Shown: positions 9,085 through 19,161, numbered from the stretch's first letter. The stretch: DNA of 34,470 nt from a virus (IMGVR_UViG_2917875804_000002:1-34470), one strand, 5' to 3'. Program-made: numbers and translations. Notes: generated from the sequence alone by a model not told the origin.

Positions 9085-10369
9085 ATGTTAGTTGGTTTAG
9101 AAGGAATGATGATGCAAAAGCAAAGGGTTTCTCAAGTATTCGTTCCCGGAGGTATGCCAAAGTTAACTTATGTTGAACGGACTGGGGGCGAGATAAAAGA
9201 AAGACTTGAGAGTGCAAAAGATAATTTGTGTAAGTTGGTTACCTTGACGGGACAAACCAAATCCGGAAAGACTGTACTTACACAAATGGTGTTTCCCTTT
9301 ACTGATCCGAATGTCATATGGATTGATGGTGGCGGTATTGCTGTCGAAAATGATATTTGGGAGCAAGTTTTAGACAAATTAGATATTTACACTAATGAGG
9401 AGGTCAACGTTTCTGATTCCTCATCAACTAATATCTCAGGCAAGGTTCATGCATCTGGTAGTGCCCTTGTTGTAAAAGGAGGAGGAGAGGCAGGGGTTTC
9501 GCAGACCGATGGGTCTTCTAAAGGTAAAAAAAAATGCAAGAACGATTACCCCAAAAAATGCGGCGATTAAAGCCTTAGCAGATAGTCAGGCTAGCCTTAT
9601 TATTGATGACTTTCATTACTTAGATAGAGAAATGCAGGGCAGCTTTGTAAGAGCAGTAAAGCCTTTAGTGTTTCATGGTGTACCTGTAATATTAATTGCT
9701 ATTCCACATAGAAGATACGATGCGATAAAAGTTGAGAGGGAGATTACTGGAAGATTAGAAAATATAATGATGCCATATTGGTCAGAAGATGAATTAAAAC
9801 AGATTGCATCATCGGGTTTTCCTCTTTTAAATATATCTGTATCTCAAGACGTTATAGACTTGCTTGCATCTGAAGCTTTAGGTAGCCCACATTTAATGCA
9901 AGAATTTTGCAAAAGTTTGTGTGCTGCTCATTCAATAAAAGAAACATCTGAGCAGACAGTGACAATATCTTCTATTGATGACTCACTGTTTAGAAATGTA
10001 GCTGAATCAACAGGGAAAGTGGTATTCGATAAATTAGCAACTGGCCCTCGCCAACGTTCCGATAGGTTGCCTCGTTTATTAAAGAATGGCGAGAGAGTTG
10101 ATATTTATAAAGTTGTCTTATATGCACTCTCTAACATGAAACCAGGAATGCAAACTATTCAGTATGAAGAGTTACGTACTGCTATTAGAGAAATAGTCGC
10201 AGAAACACCTCCCCAGGCTAATGAGGTTACACGAGTTCTTGAAAAAATGAGCGAGATCGCATCTAGTGAAGAGGCTTCAACACCGGTTATAGATTGGGAG
10301 AGAGAAGAACAAAAACTACATATTACCGATCCATTTTTTGCGTTTTACCTAAAATGGCGTGATCATTAA
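9085..10369 (+). CDS. P-loop NTPase of unknown family (cargo); frame broken in A9 run 9526-9534; true start probably ATG 9106-9112
   Basis: ORFs 9085..9570 and 9509..10369 overlap by 62 nt; Walker A GQTKSGKT in N-part, Walker B-like LIIDDFHYL in C-part; AT-rich; GAAGGA RBS before ATG triplet. Confidence 0.6.
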
Positions 10370-10374
10370 AAACG

Positions 10375-10400
10375 ACAGAACCGTCATATGACGGTTCTGT
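10375..10400. terminator. perfect 26-bp palindrome between convergent NTPase and portal genes, probable bidirectional terminator
   Basis: ACAGAACCGTCAT/ATGACGGTTCTGT, perfect 13+13 inverted repeat, flanked by A-run upstream and T/A-rich stretch downstream. Confidence 0.45.
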
Positions 10401-10409
10401 ATAATTTCA

Positions 10410-11445
10410 TTATGACCCTGCTAGGTAATACTTATCGAAAATAATAACTCTCTCGCCAAGCCAGTCGTTTAGTTCTTCCATTTGCTTCTGTAATGGCATT
10501 AATTCGTTCCGTACAAAAACTCGACTCGCCTTCTCCACATCCCCAAAACCCCCAACATTATTCGGCATTATCCCCATCATTTGCGGCGGCACGCGGTGTG
10601 CCGCCATCATGTCATCCCGGCTCACGTTCTTGATGTTCAGAAATTCATCCTTCGCTGCGACTTCTGACAACGGGATGATCTGAAGCCCGTCTTTTTTTGC
10701 CATTAGGCGAGTACATAAACAGGTTGCGGAAGTTACCAGGACCTTTGGCACTTTTCATCGCGTTGCGGAGATTGTTCACATCCTCCTGATTCTGCGCGGC
10801 ATCGGTCATATACATGATGAAGCCTGCATGGCTGCCGTTGATGTAATATTTGCGTCGGAACAGCGTGGCGGACTCATTGAGCAGGGCGGACGGAATGGCA
10901 GAAAGATAGCCGGGCAGGCCGTAGATCTCCTGGTTAATGTCCGGTTCCATCAGATGAAAAATGCTGCCTTTCGTGAACTGATACGGCTGGGTTGTCATAC
11001 CGTATTGCACAAACCAGTAGGTATCCAGGTCTAACCCGCGTCGGGTGTATTTTGCCAGAGCAGGCTCAAGGGCGATAACTTCACCGAAGCGGTTCGTGCG
11101 TTTCTCCAGGTAGGCGTTACCAAATACCAGATAGTCCTGCACAAAACGTGAAAAAGCCTGCTGGCTGAGCAGCGGGTGGGGGATGTAGGTACTGGTCAGA
11201 ATGTTGCATTTCACCGCAATTGGTGAACTGTGATGCACGGCGGCGCGGAAGGTGCGCGCCAGTCCGTCAAAGCTTACTGGCGGCTCATACCAGCGATCTG
11301 TCTGTACGCATTCCACATAGTCCAGTAGTTCGCGGCGGTCCAGAACAGGAACGGGATCACCGAAGCTGAATGCTTCGGCTGTAGTTTGACTTTTATGCTG
11401 GATCTGGTTCGTCGACGCAGCGCGGTTCTTCTTACTCTTTCCCAT
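10410..11445 (-). CDS. Q: portal (capsid portal protein, P2 gpQ-like); frame broken in T7 run 10691-10697
   Basis: ORFs 10645..11448 and 10410..10751 overlap; combined length about 345 aa; convergent partner of terminase, position next to cos. Confidence 0.85.
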
Positions 11446-13211
11446 CAAAAAATCTCCACAATATTACTGGTATTGGCGGACTCGCCCTGCAGTGGTTCGT
11501 TAAACAGTGCGTGCATTGTTGCCCAGGCCAGATCGGCGTGGCTGGCTTCTTCGCTGCGGCTGGCTTCATAGGTTGGGCGGTTGCCACTGGCGGTGGTTGC
11601 GCGACGGATTGCCATGAATGACTGCGCAATGTCGGTGTGCCCGGCGTCAAACTCCAGACGGCGGTGGCTGATAATGTCGTAGGCCTTGAGTACCAGGGCG
11701 TTTTTAACGTTGGGGTTGTAGACAAACTCCCGGACGGCAGGAAAGAACGCTTTCACGTTCTCGTAAACCCCGTGACCAACGCCGGTTGAGTCGATACCGA
11801 TATAAGTCACGTTGTACTGTTCGGTCAGTTTTTTGATGGCGTCAGCCTGGGCGCGGAAGTCCATCCCGCGCCACTGGTGACGCTCAAGAATGCGGAACTT
11901 ACCACCCGGCACGGCTGGCGGTGCCACCACCACGCATCCGGCGCTGTCGCCGTTTTGCGTACCTTTTGCCGGGTCATAACCGATCCACACTTCGCGCCAG
12001 CCAAACGGGCGCAGCGCCAGTGCATGAAAGTCGGTCCAGACTTCCCAACTGTCCACCATGCACGCCTGCAGCTCGCTGAGCGGAAACACGGACGCGAGAT
12101 CGTCCACAAACTCGCACATCAGCAGGTTCTGGTATTCGTCCGGGCTGTACTCCATGCGCAACTGGTCGAGGTCGAACAGGTTACAGCCGCCGCGCACCGC
12201 ATCTTCCACGGTGACTATCTGGCGGTACTGCCCGTCTGCGCACAGCAGGCCGGGGGCCAGATTGCTGTGGGACAGGTCGATGTCCACCTTATCGGCTTTG
12301 TTGCGCCCACGGTTGAACAGCGCACCGGACCAGAATGGATAAGCACTGTGGGTCAGACTGGATGGCGTGGAAAAATAGGTCTGCCGCCATTTTTTGTGAA
12401 TAGCCATACCGGAAGCCACTTTGCGCAGCTCCTGGAATTTCGGGATCCAGAAATATTCATCCAGATACAAGTTGCCGTGGTAACTCTGGGCCGTGCGGGC
12501 ATTGGTTCCGAGGAAGTAAAGCGTGGCCCCATTAGGAAGCACCATCGGATCGCCTTTCAGCTCCACCTCCACTTCTTTGGCGAAGTCGATGATGTACTGC
12601 TTAAAGACGTGGGCCTGTGCCTTACTGGCGGAAAGGAAAATCTGGTTACGTCCGGTCAGCAGGGCGTCAATCAGGGCTTCACGGGCAAAATAGAAGGTCG
12701 CGCCGATCTGGCGTGACTTCAGCAGGTTGCGGATGCGGTTGGTTTTTCCGGCTTCCCACCAGTGGCGCTGGTAGTTGAACATGGAGGAATGAAAGATTTC
12801 TTCCAGCTTCTCAATCTGTTCATCGGTGAAAACATTCTTTTCCGGCTGACGGCGCGGGCCTTTGTTACGGTTGGCGACGTTAGGGTTTAAGTCGGCTTCG
12901 TTGCCGCCATTGTTAAACTTACCGATCCGCGCATGGCGCTCCGACTGGCGCGCCAGCAGGTCAATCTCTTTGAAATCTTTCCCTTCTTTGTGCTCCTTCA
13001 TAATGAGCTGGCAGTAGCGTGCGGCGGTGGTGAGCTGCATCTGATCCAGCGGCCCATAGTCACCCCACTTGTCGCGTTTTTTCCAGCTGTGAACGGTTGC
13101 AACTTTCTCGCCCAGCATTTCAGCAATGCGGGCTACGCGGTATCCCTGAAAGTACAGCAGCATGGCCTGCCGACGGGGATCGAGATCTGCGGGTGTCAGT
13201 GTGGTGTTCAT
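11445..13211 (-). CDS. P: terminase large (ATPase) subunit, P2 gpP-like
   Basis: 588-aa ORF upstream of portal on same strand, divergent from scaffold gene. Confidence 0.9.
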   Translation of the reverse strand: MNTTLTPADLDPRRQAMLLYFQGYRVARIAEMLGEKVATVHSWKKRDKWGDYGPLDQMQLTTAARYCQLIMKEHKEGKDFKEIDLLARQSERHARIGKFNNGGNEADLNPNVANRNKGPRRQPEKNVFTDEQIEKLEEIFHSSMFNYQRHWWEAGKTNRIRNLLKSRQIGATFYFAREALIDALLTGRNQIFLSASKAQAHVFKQYIIDFAKEVEVELKGDPMVLPNGATLYFLGTNARTAQSYHGNLYLDEYFWIPKFQELRKVASGMAIHKKWRQTYFSTPSSLTHSAYPFWSGALFNRGRNKADKVDIDLSHSNLAPGLLCADGQYRQIVTVEDAVRGGCNLFDLDQLRMEYSPDEYQNLLMCEFVDDLASVFPLSELQACMVDSWEVWTDFHALALRPFGWREVWIGYDPAKGTQNGDSAGCVVVAPPAVPGGKFRILERHQWRGMDFRAQADAIKKLTEQYNVTYIGIDSTGVGHGVYENVKAFFPAVREFVYNPNVKNALVLKAYDIISHRRLEFDAGHTDIAQSFMAIRRATTASGNRPTYEASRSEEASHADLAWATMHALFNEPLQGESANTSNIVEIF

Positions 13212-13256
13212 GGCACAAACCTACAGCCTTGAATGAAGGCTTTCCCCGCCTGCGGT

Positions 13257-13274
13257 TTGTGTGGTTGTCGGTAC
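13257..13274. promoter_or_regulatory. candidate Ogr/B-type late activator site (TGT-N12-ACA) in P/O divergent promoter region
   Basis: TGTGTGGTTGTCGGTACA, about 88 nt upstream of O start. Confidence 0.4.
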
Positions 13275-13353
13275 AAATACCGCGCATTGTTTCACTACCC
13301 CCATCACCGCAACCATAAGGCTCCAGTAAGTTATTTCTAACGGAGCACGGCTC

Positions 13354-14187
13354 ATGACAGTGAAAGCAAAGCGTTTTCGCATCGGGGTGGAAGGTGCCAC
13401 CACCGACGGACGCGAAATCCAGCGTGAATGGCTGGAACAGATGGCAGCCAGCTACAACCCGGCGGTGTATACCGCGCTGATTAACCTTGAGCACATCAAG
13501 TCTTATCTCCCGGACAGCACCTTTAACCGTTACGGCAAGGTGACGGCGCTGTTTGCTGAAGAAATCACGGAAGGCCCGCTGGCAGGCAAGATGGCGCTGT
13601 ATGCCGACGTTGAGCCAACGGAGTCCCTGGTGGAATTGGTGAAAAAAGGCCAGAAATTATTCACCTCTATGGAAGTCAGCCCGAAGTTCGCTGATACGGG
13701 CAAAGCCTACCTGGTCGGCCTGGCTGCCACTGATGACCCTGCCAGTTTGGGTACGGAAATGCTGACATTCAGCGCCAGTGCAGCCCATAACCCGCTGGCA
13801 AACCGCAAGCAGAATCTCGCCAATCTCTTTACCGCCGCAGAGGAAACGGTGATCGAACTGGAAGAAATCCAGGAGGACAAACCGTCCCTGTTTGCCCGTG
13901 TCACGGCGCTGTTTACCAAAAAAGAGCAGTCCGACGATGCCCGGTTCTCTGATGTGCATAAGGCCGTGGAGCTGGTCGCCACTGAGCAGCAAAACCTGAG
14001 CGCACGCACCGAAAAATCCCTGTCTGAGCAGGAAGAACGTCTGTCTGAGCTGGAGACTGCCCTGCAGGCACAGCAGACCGCCTTTAACGAACTGGTGAAT
14101 AAGCTGAGTCATGAAGACAGCCGCCAGGACTACCGCCAGCGTGCAACAGGCGGTAACGCCCCCGCTGACACTCTGACCAATTGCTGA
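13354..14187 (+). CDS. O: capsid scaffolding protein, P2 gpO-like
   Basis: 277 aa; position and N-terminal MTVKAKRFRIGVEGATTDGREI typical of gpO. Confidence 0.9.
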   Translation: MTVKAKRFRIGVEGATTDGREIQREWLEQMAASYNPAVYTALINLEHIKSYLPDSTFNRYGKVTALFAEEITEGPLAGKMALYADVEPTESLVELVKKGQKLFTSMEVSPKFADTGKAYLVGLAATDDPASLGTEMLTFSASAAHNPLANRKQNLANLFTAAEETVIELEEIQEDKPSLFARVTALFTKKEQSDDARFSDVHKAVELVATEQQNLSARTEKSLSEQEERLSELETALQAQQTAFNELVNKLSHEDSRQDYRQRATGGNAPADTLTNC

Positions 14188-14203
14188 TGGAGCACAAAAC
14201 CTG

Positions 14204-15262
14204 ATGAAGAAGAATACCCGCTTTGCTTTTAACGCTTACCTGCAGCAGCTGGCGCGTCTGAACGGTGTGGCAGTTGAAGAACTGTCCAGCAAGTTCACTG
14301 TAGAGCCGTCTGTGCAGCAGACGCTGGAAGACCAGATCCAGCAATCCGCCGCATTCCTGACGCTGATTAATGTCACGCCAGTGACTGAGCAGTCTGGTCA
14401 GTTGCTGGGGCTGGGTGTTGGCAGCACCATTGCCGGAACCACTGATACCACCGCAAAAGAGCGTGAGCCTGTCGATCCGACGCTGATGGTCGATGTGGAA
14501 TATAAATGCGAGCAGACCAACTTTGACACGGTGCTGACCTACGCGAAGCTGGACCTGTGGGCGAAGTTTCAGGATTTCCAGGTGCGTATCCGTGACGCCA
14601 TCGTGAAACGTCAGGCACTGGACCGCATCATGATCGGCTTTAACGGCGTGAAGCGTGCGAAAACCTCCAACCGTAGCGAAAACCCGCTGCTGCAGGATGT
14701 GAACAAAGGCTGGCTGCAGAAAATCCGTGAGGATGCACCGGATCACGTCATGGGCAGCACCACCACGGGCGGTGAAACCACACCGGGCGCAGTGAAAGTC
14801 GGCAAAGGTGGCGAATATGCCAACCTGGACGCTGTAGTGATGGATGCGGTCAATGAGCTTATCGACGTGGTCTACCAGGACGATGACGATCTGGTGGTGA
14901 TTTGCGGTCGTGAACTGCTGTCTGACAAGTATTTCCCGCTGGTCAACAAAGAGCAGGAAAACAGTGAAAAACTGGCTGCCGATATGATCATCAGCCAGAA
15001 ACGCATGGGTGGCCTGCAGGCCGTGCGTGCGCCATTCTTCCCGCCGAATGCGCTGCTGATCACCCGTCTGGATAACCTGTCCATCTACTGGCAGGAAGAC
15101 ACCCGCCGCCGTTCAGTTATCGACAACCCGAAACGTGACCGGATTGAAAACTTTGAATCCGTTAACGAAGCCTATGTGGTTGAGGACTACCGCTGCGCAG
15201 CACTGGTGGAAAACATCCAGATTGGCGATTTTAGCGCCGCTGCAGCAGAAGCCGGAGCGTAA
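14204..15262 (+). CDS. N: major capsid protein, P2 gpN-like
   Basis: 352 aa; strong by-eye similarity to P2 N (RFAFNAYL..., FTVEPSVQQTL, NGVKRA, IVNKEQ). Confidence 0.9.
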   Translation: MKKNTRFAFNAYLQQLARLNGVAVEELSSKFTVEPSVQQTLEDQIQQSAAFLTLINVTPVTEQSGQLLGLGVGSTIAGTTDTTAKEREPVDPTLMVDVEYKCEQTNFDTVLTYAKLDLWAKFQDFQVRIRDAIVKRQALDRIMIGFNGVKRAKTSNRSENPLLQDVNKGWLQKIREDAPDHVMGSTTTGGETTPGAVKVGKGGEYANLDAVVMDAVNELIDVVYQDDDDLVVICGRELLSDKYFPLVNKEQENSEKLAADMIISQKRMGGLQAVRAPFFPPNALLITRLDNLSIYWQEDTRRRSVIDNPKRDRIENFESVNEAYVVEDYRCAALVENIQIGDFSAAAAEAGA

Positions 15263-15265
15263 CCC

Positions 15266-15916
15266 ATGAGCCTGAGTCCCGCACGGCAGCATCGCCTGCG
15301 CGTTCAGGCTGAACAGGCCGCTCGTGAGGGTGGCAGTGTTCGCCACGCGTCGGGCTATGACCTGATGCTGCTGCAACTGGCGGAAGACCGCCGCCGTCTC
15401 AAGGGCGTTCAGTCCACGGTCAAAAAAGCGGAAATCAAAGTGGAGCTGCTGCCGAAGTACGCCGCCTGGGCGGAGGGTGTCCTGGCTGCCGGAGGCGCTC
15501 AACAGGATGACGTGCTGATGTACGTGATGCTGTGGCGCATTGATGCCGGAGATTATGCCGGGGCGCTGGAGATTGGGCGTCATGCTCTGCGTCATGGCTG
15601 GGTGATGCCGCTGGGTAACCGCAACGTGCAGACCGTGCTGGCAGAGGAAATGGCAGACGCGGCACAGAGCGCAATGCTTGCCACTACCGGCTTTGATGTC
15701 GATCTGTTGCTGCAGACGCTGGAGCTGACAGATGGTCTGGATATGCCGGACCAGTCACGGGCGCGTCTGCATAAAGCGATTGGCGCTGTCCTGAGTGAAA
15801 GTAATCCGGCTTCCGCCCTTAATCATCTCAACCATGCGTTACAGCTCGATCCCCGCTGTGGCGTGAAAAAAGACAAACAGCAGCTGGAGCGCAGACTGCG
15901 CAATGACAGCCGCTGA
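15266..15916 (+). CDS. M: terminase small (endonuclease) subunit, P2 gpM-like
   Basis: 216 aa; MLWRIDAGDYAGALEIGRHAL resembles P2 M (MLWRLDTGDIAGALEIARYAL). Confidence 0.85.
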   Translation: MSLSPARQHRLRVQAEQAAREGGSVRHASGYDLMLLQLAEDRRRLKGVQSTVKKAEIKVELLPKYAAWAEGVLAAGGAQQDDVLMYVMLWRIDAGDYAGALEIGRHALRHGWVMPLGNRNVQTVLAEEMADAAQSAMLATTGFDVDLLLQTLELTDGLDMPDQSRARLHKAIGAVLSESNPASALNHLNHALQLDPRCGVKKDKQQLERRLRNDSR

Positions 15917-16011
15917 CAGAACGTGCCCCCGCGCACGGGCGGCACGGGGTGGCGAAAGGCACTGCCACATCAAAACCCCGTCCACCGCCCTCTATTTCAG
16001 GAGAAAGCAGC

Positions 16012-16476
16012 ATGAAGTTTGTTGCGCCAGAACAGGCACCGGAACAGGCGGAAATCATCAGGAATACGCCGTTCTGGCCTGATGTGGACTTGTCGGAGTT
16101 TCGCAGTGTCATGCGCACTGACGGCACGGTGACGCAGCCGCGTTTAAAGCAGGTTGCGCTGTCGGCAATTTCGGAGGTCAACGCAGAGCTGTATGAGTTT
16201 CGCAGACGCCAGCAGATGCTGGGGTATGCCTCGCTGGCAGAGGTTCCGGCAGAACAGCTGGACGGCAAAAGTGAGCGCATTCAGCACTATTTCAACGCGG
16301 TTTACTGCTGGGCACGCGCCATGCTCAACGAACGATACCAGGACTATGACGCCACGGCATCCGGTGTGAAGCGAGGCGAGGAACTGGCGGAAGCCAGCGG
16401 TGATTTATGGCGTGACGCCCGCTGGGCCATCAGCCGGGTGCAGGATGCGCCGCACTGCACAGTGGAGCTTATCTGA
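16012..16476 (+). CDS. L: head completion/stabilisation protein, P2 gpL-like
   Basis: ATG 16012 with AGGAG RBS; position between M and X. Confidence 0.8.
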   Translation: MKFVAPEQAPEQAEIIRNTPFWPDVDLSEFRSVMRTDGTVTQPRLKQVALSAISEVNAELYEFRRRQQMLGYASLAEVPAEQLDGKSERIQHYFNAVYCWARAMLNERYQDYDATASGVKRGEELAEASGDLWRDARWAISRVQDAPHCTVELI

Positions 16477-16679
16477 TGAAAGTGCGAGCGCATCAGTATG
16501 ACACGGTGGATGCACTTTGCTGGCGTCATTACGGGCGCACGCAGGGTGTCACGGAGCAGGTACTGAAGGCAAATCCGGGGCTTGCCGAATACGGCCCCTT
16601 TTTACCTCACGGGCTGCAGGTGGAGCTGCCGGACATTCCGACCACCACCACCGTGCAGACCGTCCAGCTATGGGACTGA
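16476..16679 (+). CDS. X: tail protein X (LysM-like), P2 gpX-like
   Basis: 67-aa ORF, start overlaps L stop. Confidence 0.8.
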   Translation: MKVRAHQYDTVDALCWRHYGRTQGVTEQVLKANPGLAEYGPFLPHGLQVELPDIPTTTTVQTVQLWD

Positions 16680-16682
16680 ATT

Positions 16683-16898
16683 ATGACGCTTGAGCGAATC
16701 AGCGCCTTTATCACGTACTGCATCGCCGTTGTGCTGGCCTGGCTGGGCGATTTGTCCATCAAGGATGCCTCAACGCTGGGCGGTCTGATGATTGGTGTGC
16801 TGATGCTGGCTATCAACTGGTACTACAAACATAAAGCCTACCAGCTTCTGCGCGACGGGCAGATCTCGCGGGAGGACTATGAATCCATCAATCGTTAA
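16683..16898 (+). CDS. class II holin (two predicted TM helices), likely pinholin
   Basis: 71 aa with two hydrophobic segments ISAFITYCIAVVLAWLG and LGGLMIGVLMLAINWYY, charged C-terminus; directly precedes lysozyme. Confidence 0.65.
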   Translation: MTLERISAFITYCIAVVLAWLGDLSIKDASTLGGLMIGVLMLAINWYYKHKAYQLLRDGQISREDYESINR

Positions 16899-17391
16899 AC
16901 GCTGCCTTGTCGGGACCGTGCTGGCTATTGCTGCCACGCTGCCGGGTTTTCAGCAGCTTCACACCTCCGTGGAGGGGCTGAAACTGATTGCCGATTACGA
17001 AGGTTGTCGTCTGCAGCCGTATCAGTGCAGCGCGGGTGTCTGGACCGACGGCATTGGTAATACGTCGGGCGTCATTCCCGGCAAAACCATTACGGAGCGA
17101 CAGGCAGCAGAAGGGCTGATCTCCAACGTGCTGCGTGTGGAGCGGGCGCTGGAAAGGTGTATGAAGCAACAGCCGCCGCAGAAGGTGTATGACGCTGCGG
17201 TGTCGTTTGCCTTCAACGTGGGTACGGGCAATGCCTGCAGTTCCACGCTGGTGAAATTGCTCAATCAGCGGCGCTGGGCGGATGCGTGCCGACAGTTGCC
17301 GCGCTGGGTGTATGTAAAAGGTGTGTTTAATCAGGGGCTGGATAACCGCCGTGCGCGGGAGATGGCCTGGTGCTTACAGGGAGCAAACTGA
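16879..17391 (+). CDS. endolysin, GH24 (T4-lysozyme-like) with probable N-terminal SAR signal-anchor
   Basis: EGLKLIADYEGCRLQPYQCSAGVWTDGIGNT matches E-x8-D-x5-T catalytic arrangement; N-terminal LVGTVLAIAATLPGF is a weakly hydrophobic Gly/Ala/Thr-rich segment. Confidence 0.8.
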   Translation: MNPSIVKRCLVGTVLAIAATLPGFQQLHTSVEGLKLIADYEGCRLQPYQCSAGVWTDGIGNTSGVIPGKTITERQAAEGLISNVLRVERALERCMKQQPPQKVYDAAVSFAFNVGTGNACSSTLVKLLNQRRWADACRQLPRWVYVKGVFNQGLDNRRAREMAWCLQGAN

Positions 17392-17392
17392 A

Positions 17393-17770
17393 ATGAAAAA
17401 GAAATTAATCAGCGGACTGTTTCTGATGTTCTGGATGGCGCTGTTGATCGCAGCAATGGTGTATCCGCAGGGGATTTTTCCGGTACTGGCAGCGTCCGGT
17501 GTCTGGGTAGCCTGTCTGCTGACATGGGCGGTAATTCCGGTAGCACTGGCTGCGTTAATTAAGAACGGCCCGTTCTGGCAGGAGTTGAGGGCATTTTTGC
17601 TAAAGACCATTACCCGAAAAGAAAACGTATTTATCAGCTGGGTGATGCGATTGCTGATTGTCGTCAGTTTCGCCTGGACGGGGTGGGCCATTACCCTGGT
17701 CTTTTATCTGCTGACCGTTATTGCCTTCCGGATCACCCGTAACCAGATGGCGCAACAGGTAGCAGCATGA
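17393..17770 (+). CDS. lysA: LysA-like integral membrane lysis-timing protein
   Basis: 125 aa, four hydrophobic helices, RBS-free tight coupling after lysozyme. Confidence 0.55.
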   Translation: MKKKLISGLFLMFWMALLIAAMVYPQGIFPVLAASGVWVACLLTWAVIPVALAALIKNGPFWQELRAFLLKTITRKENVFISWVMRLLIVVSFAWTGWAITLVFYLLTVIAFRITRNQMAQQVAA

Positions 17771-18195
17771 ACCGGTTGCTGCTGGTTGTGCTGGCGTTAT
17801 TACTGGCGGCGCTGGGCTGGCAGACGTGGCGGCTGGCTGATGCCAGCCAGACCATCAGCACGCAGGCAGACGAGCTGCAGAGCAAAAGCCAGGCACTGGC
17901 AAAGAGCAACAGCCAGCTTATCAGCCTGTCCATTCTGACTGAAACCAACAACCGGGAGCAGGCGCGGCTCTATGCCGAAGCAGAACAGACCAGCGCGCTG
18001 CTGAGTCAACGACAACACCGGATCGAGGAACTGAAACGTGAGAACGAGGATTTACGCCGCTGGGCTGATACTCCTTTGCCTGCTGACATTATCCGGCTGC
18101 GGAAACGCCCGGCATTCACCGGAGGTGCAGCTTACCGTCAGTGGCTGTCCGCGAGTGACGCCGTGTCGGCTGGATCAGACAGCGCCGCACACTAA
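17767..18195 (+). CDS. lysB: LysB, Rz-like inner-membrane spanin
   Basis: N-terminal TM segment LLLVVLALLLAALGW, coiled-coil-like middle, position. Confidence 0.7.
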   Translation: MNRLLLVVLALLLAALGWQTWRLADASQTISTQADELQSKSQALAKSNSQLISLSILTETNNREQARLYAEAEQTSALLSQRQHRIEELKRENEDLRRWADTPLPADIIRLRKRPAFTGGAAYRQWLSASDAVSAGSDSAAH

Positions 18196-18328
18196 CGGTG
18201 ATCTGAACGCGTTGCTGGATGAAACGGAGGCCGCCTGGGCGGTCTGTGCAGACAAAGTGGACATGATTATTGCGTGTCAGGAGCGAAATAGTGAACAAAC
18301 CACAATCCCTGCGCCACGCCCTCAATAA
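18038..18328 (+). CDS. lysC: LysC, Rz1-like outer-membrane lipoprotein spanin (overlaps lysB in another frame)
   Basis: Lipobox LTLSGC after hydrophobic signal; embedded/overlapping arrangement typical of Rz/Rz1. Confidence 0.55.
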   Translation: MRTRIYAAGLILLCLLTLSGCGNARHSPEVQLTVSGCPRVTPCRLDQTAPHTNGDLNALLDETEAAWAVCADKVDMIIACQERNSEQTTIPAPRPQ

Positions 18329-18722
18329 AGCAGTGCCTTATGTCCGCAATAACCCGGACAAACTGCATCTGTTTGTGGATAACGGTTCGCTGGTTGCCAC
18401 GGGGGCCAGCTCCATGTCATGGGAGTACCGTTATACCCTCAACGTGGTGATTGAGGATTTCAGCGGCGACCAGAATCTGCTGATGGCCCCAGTTTTGCTG
18501 TGGCTGCGTGATAACCAGCCCGATGCCATCAATAACCCGGCGTTACGGGAAAAACTATTCACCTTTGAGGTGGATATTTTGCGCAACGATGTCTGTGATA
18601 TCAGCCTTAACCTGCAACTGACGGAGCGTGTGCTGGTCAGCACTGACGGCAGTGTGTCGAGTGTTGAAGCTGTAGCGGAACCCGATGAACCTGAAGAAAT
18701 GTGGACGGTGAAACGTGGCTGA
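18291..18722 (+). CDS. R: tail completion protein R
   Basis: GTG 18291 preceded by AGGAG; similarity to P2 R (LHLFVDNGSL..., YRYTLNVV, LNLQLTERVLVS). Confidence 0.8.
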   Translation: MNKPQSLRHALNKAVPYVRNNPDKLHLFVDNGSLVATGASSMSWEYRYTLNVVIEDFSGDQNLLMAPVLLWLRDNQPDAINNPALREKLFTFEVDILRNDVCDISLNLQLTERVLVSTDGSVSSVEAVAEPDEPEEMWTVKRG

Positions 18723-19161
18723 ACTGCAGAAGGTGGACGACTGGCTGAGTGCTTTGCTGGCGAATCTGGAACCAGCCGCAAGAAGCCGCATGATGCGCCA
18801 GCTGGCGCAGGAACTGCGCCGGACACAGCAGCAGAATATCAGAATGCAGCGCAATCCAGATGGCAGCAGTTATGAACCGCGACGGGTAACAGCACGCAGT
18901 AAAAAGGGGCGCATCAAACGTCAGATGTTTACAAAGCTGCGCACCACAAAATACCTGAAAACTGCCGCCAGCGCCGATTCTGCCAGCGTGCAGTTTGAAG
19001 GTAAGGTGCAGCGCATTGCCCGCGTTCACCATTACGGCCTGCGTGATCGCGTCAGTCGTAAAGGGCCGGAGGTCCGCTATGCTGAGCGTCGCCTTCTGGG
19101 TGTAAATGATGATGTTGAGGCAATGACCCGTGACATGATTTTGCAATGGCTGGCGGGGTGA
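18715..19161 (+). CDS. S: tail completion protein S
   Basis: 148-aa ORF, GTG start overlapping R stop; position. Confidence 0.8.
   Translation: MAELQKVDDWLSALLANLEPAARSRMMRQLAQELRRTQQQNIRMQRNPDGSSYEPRRVTARSKKGRIKRQMFTKLRTTKYLKTAASADSASVQFEGKVQRIARVHHYGLRDRVSRKGPEVRYAERRLLGVNDDVEAMTRDMILQWLAG

Noticed and set aside
11877-12716. 279-aa plus-strand ORF inside terminase gene P
   Set aside because: Antisense to terminase with conserved length and synteny; no independent start signals.
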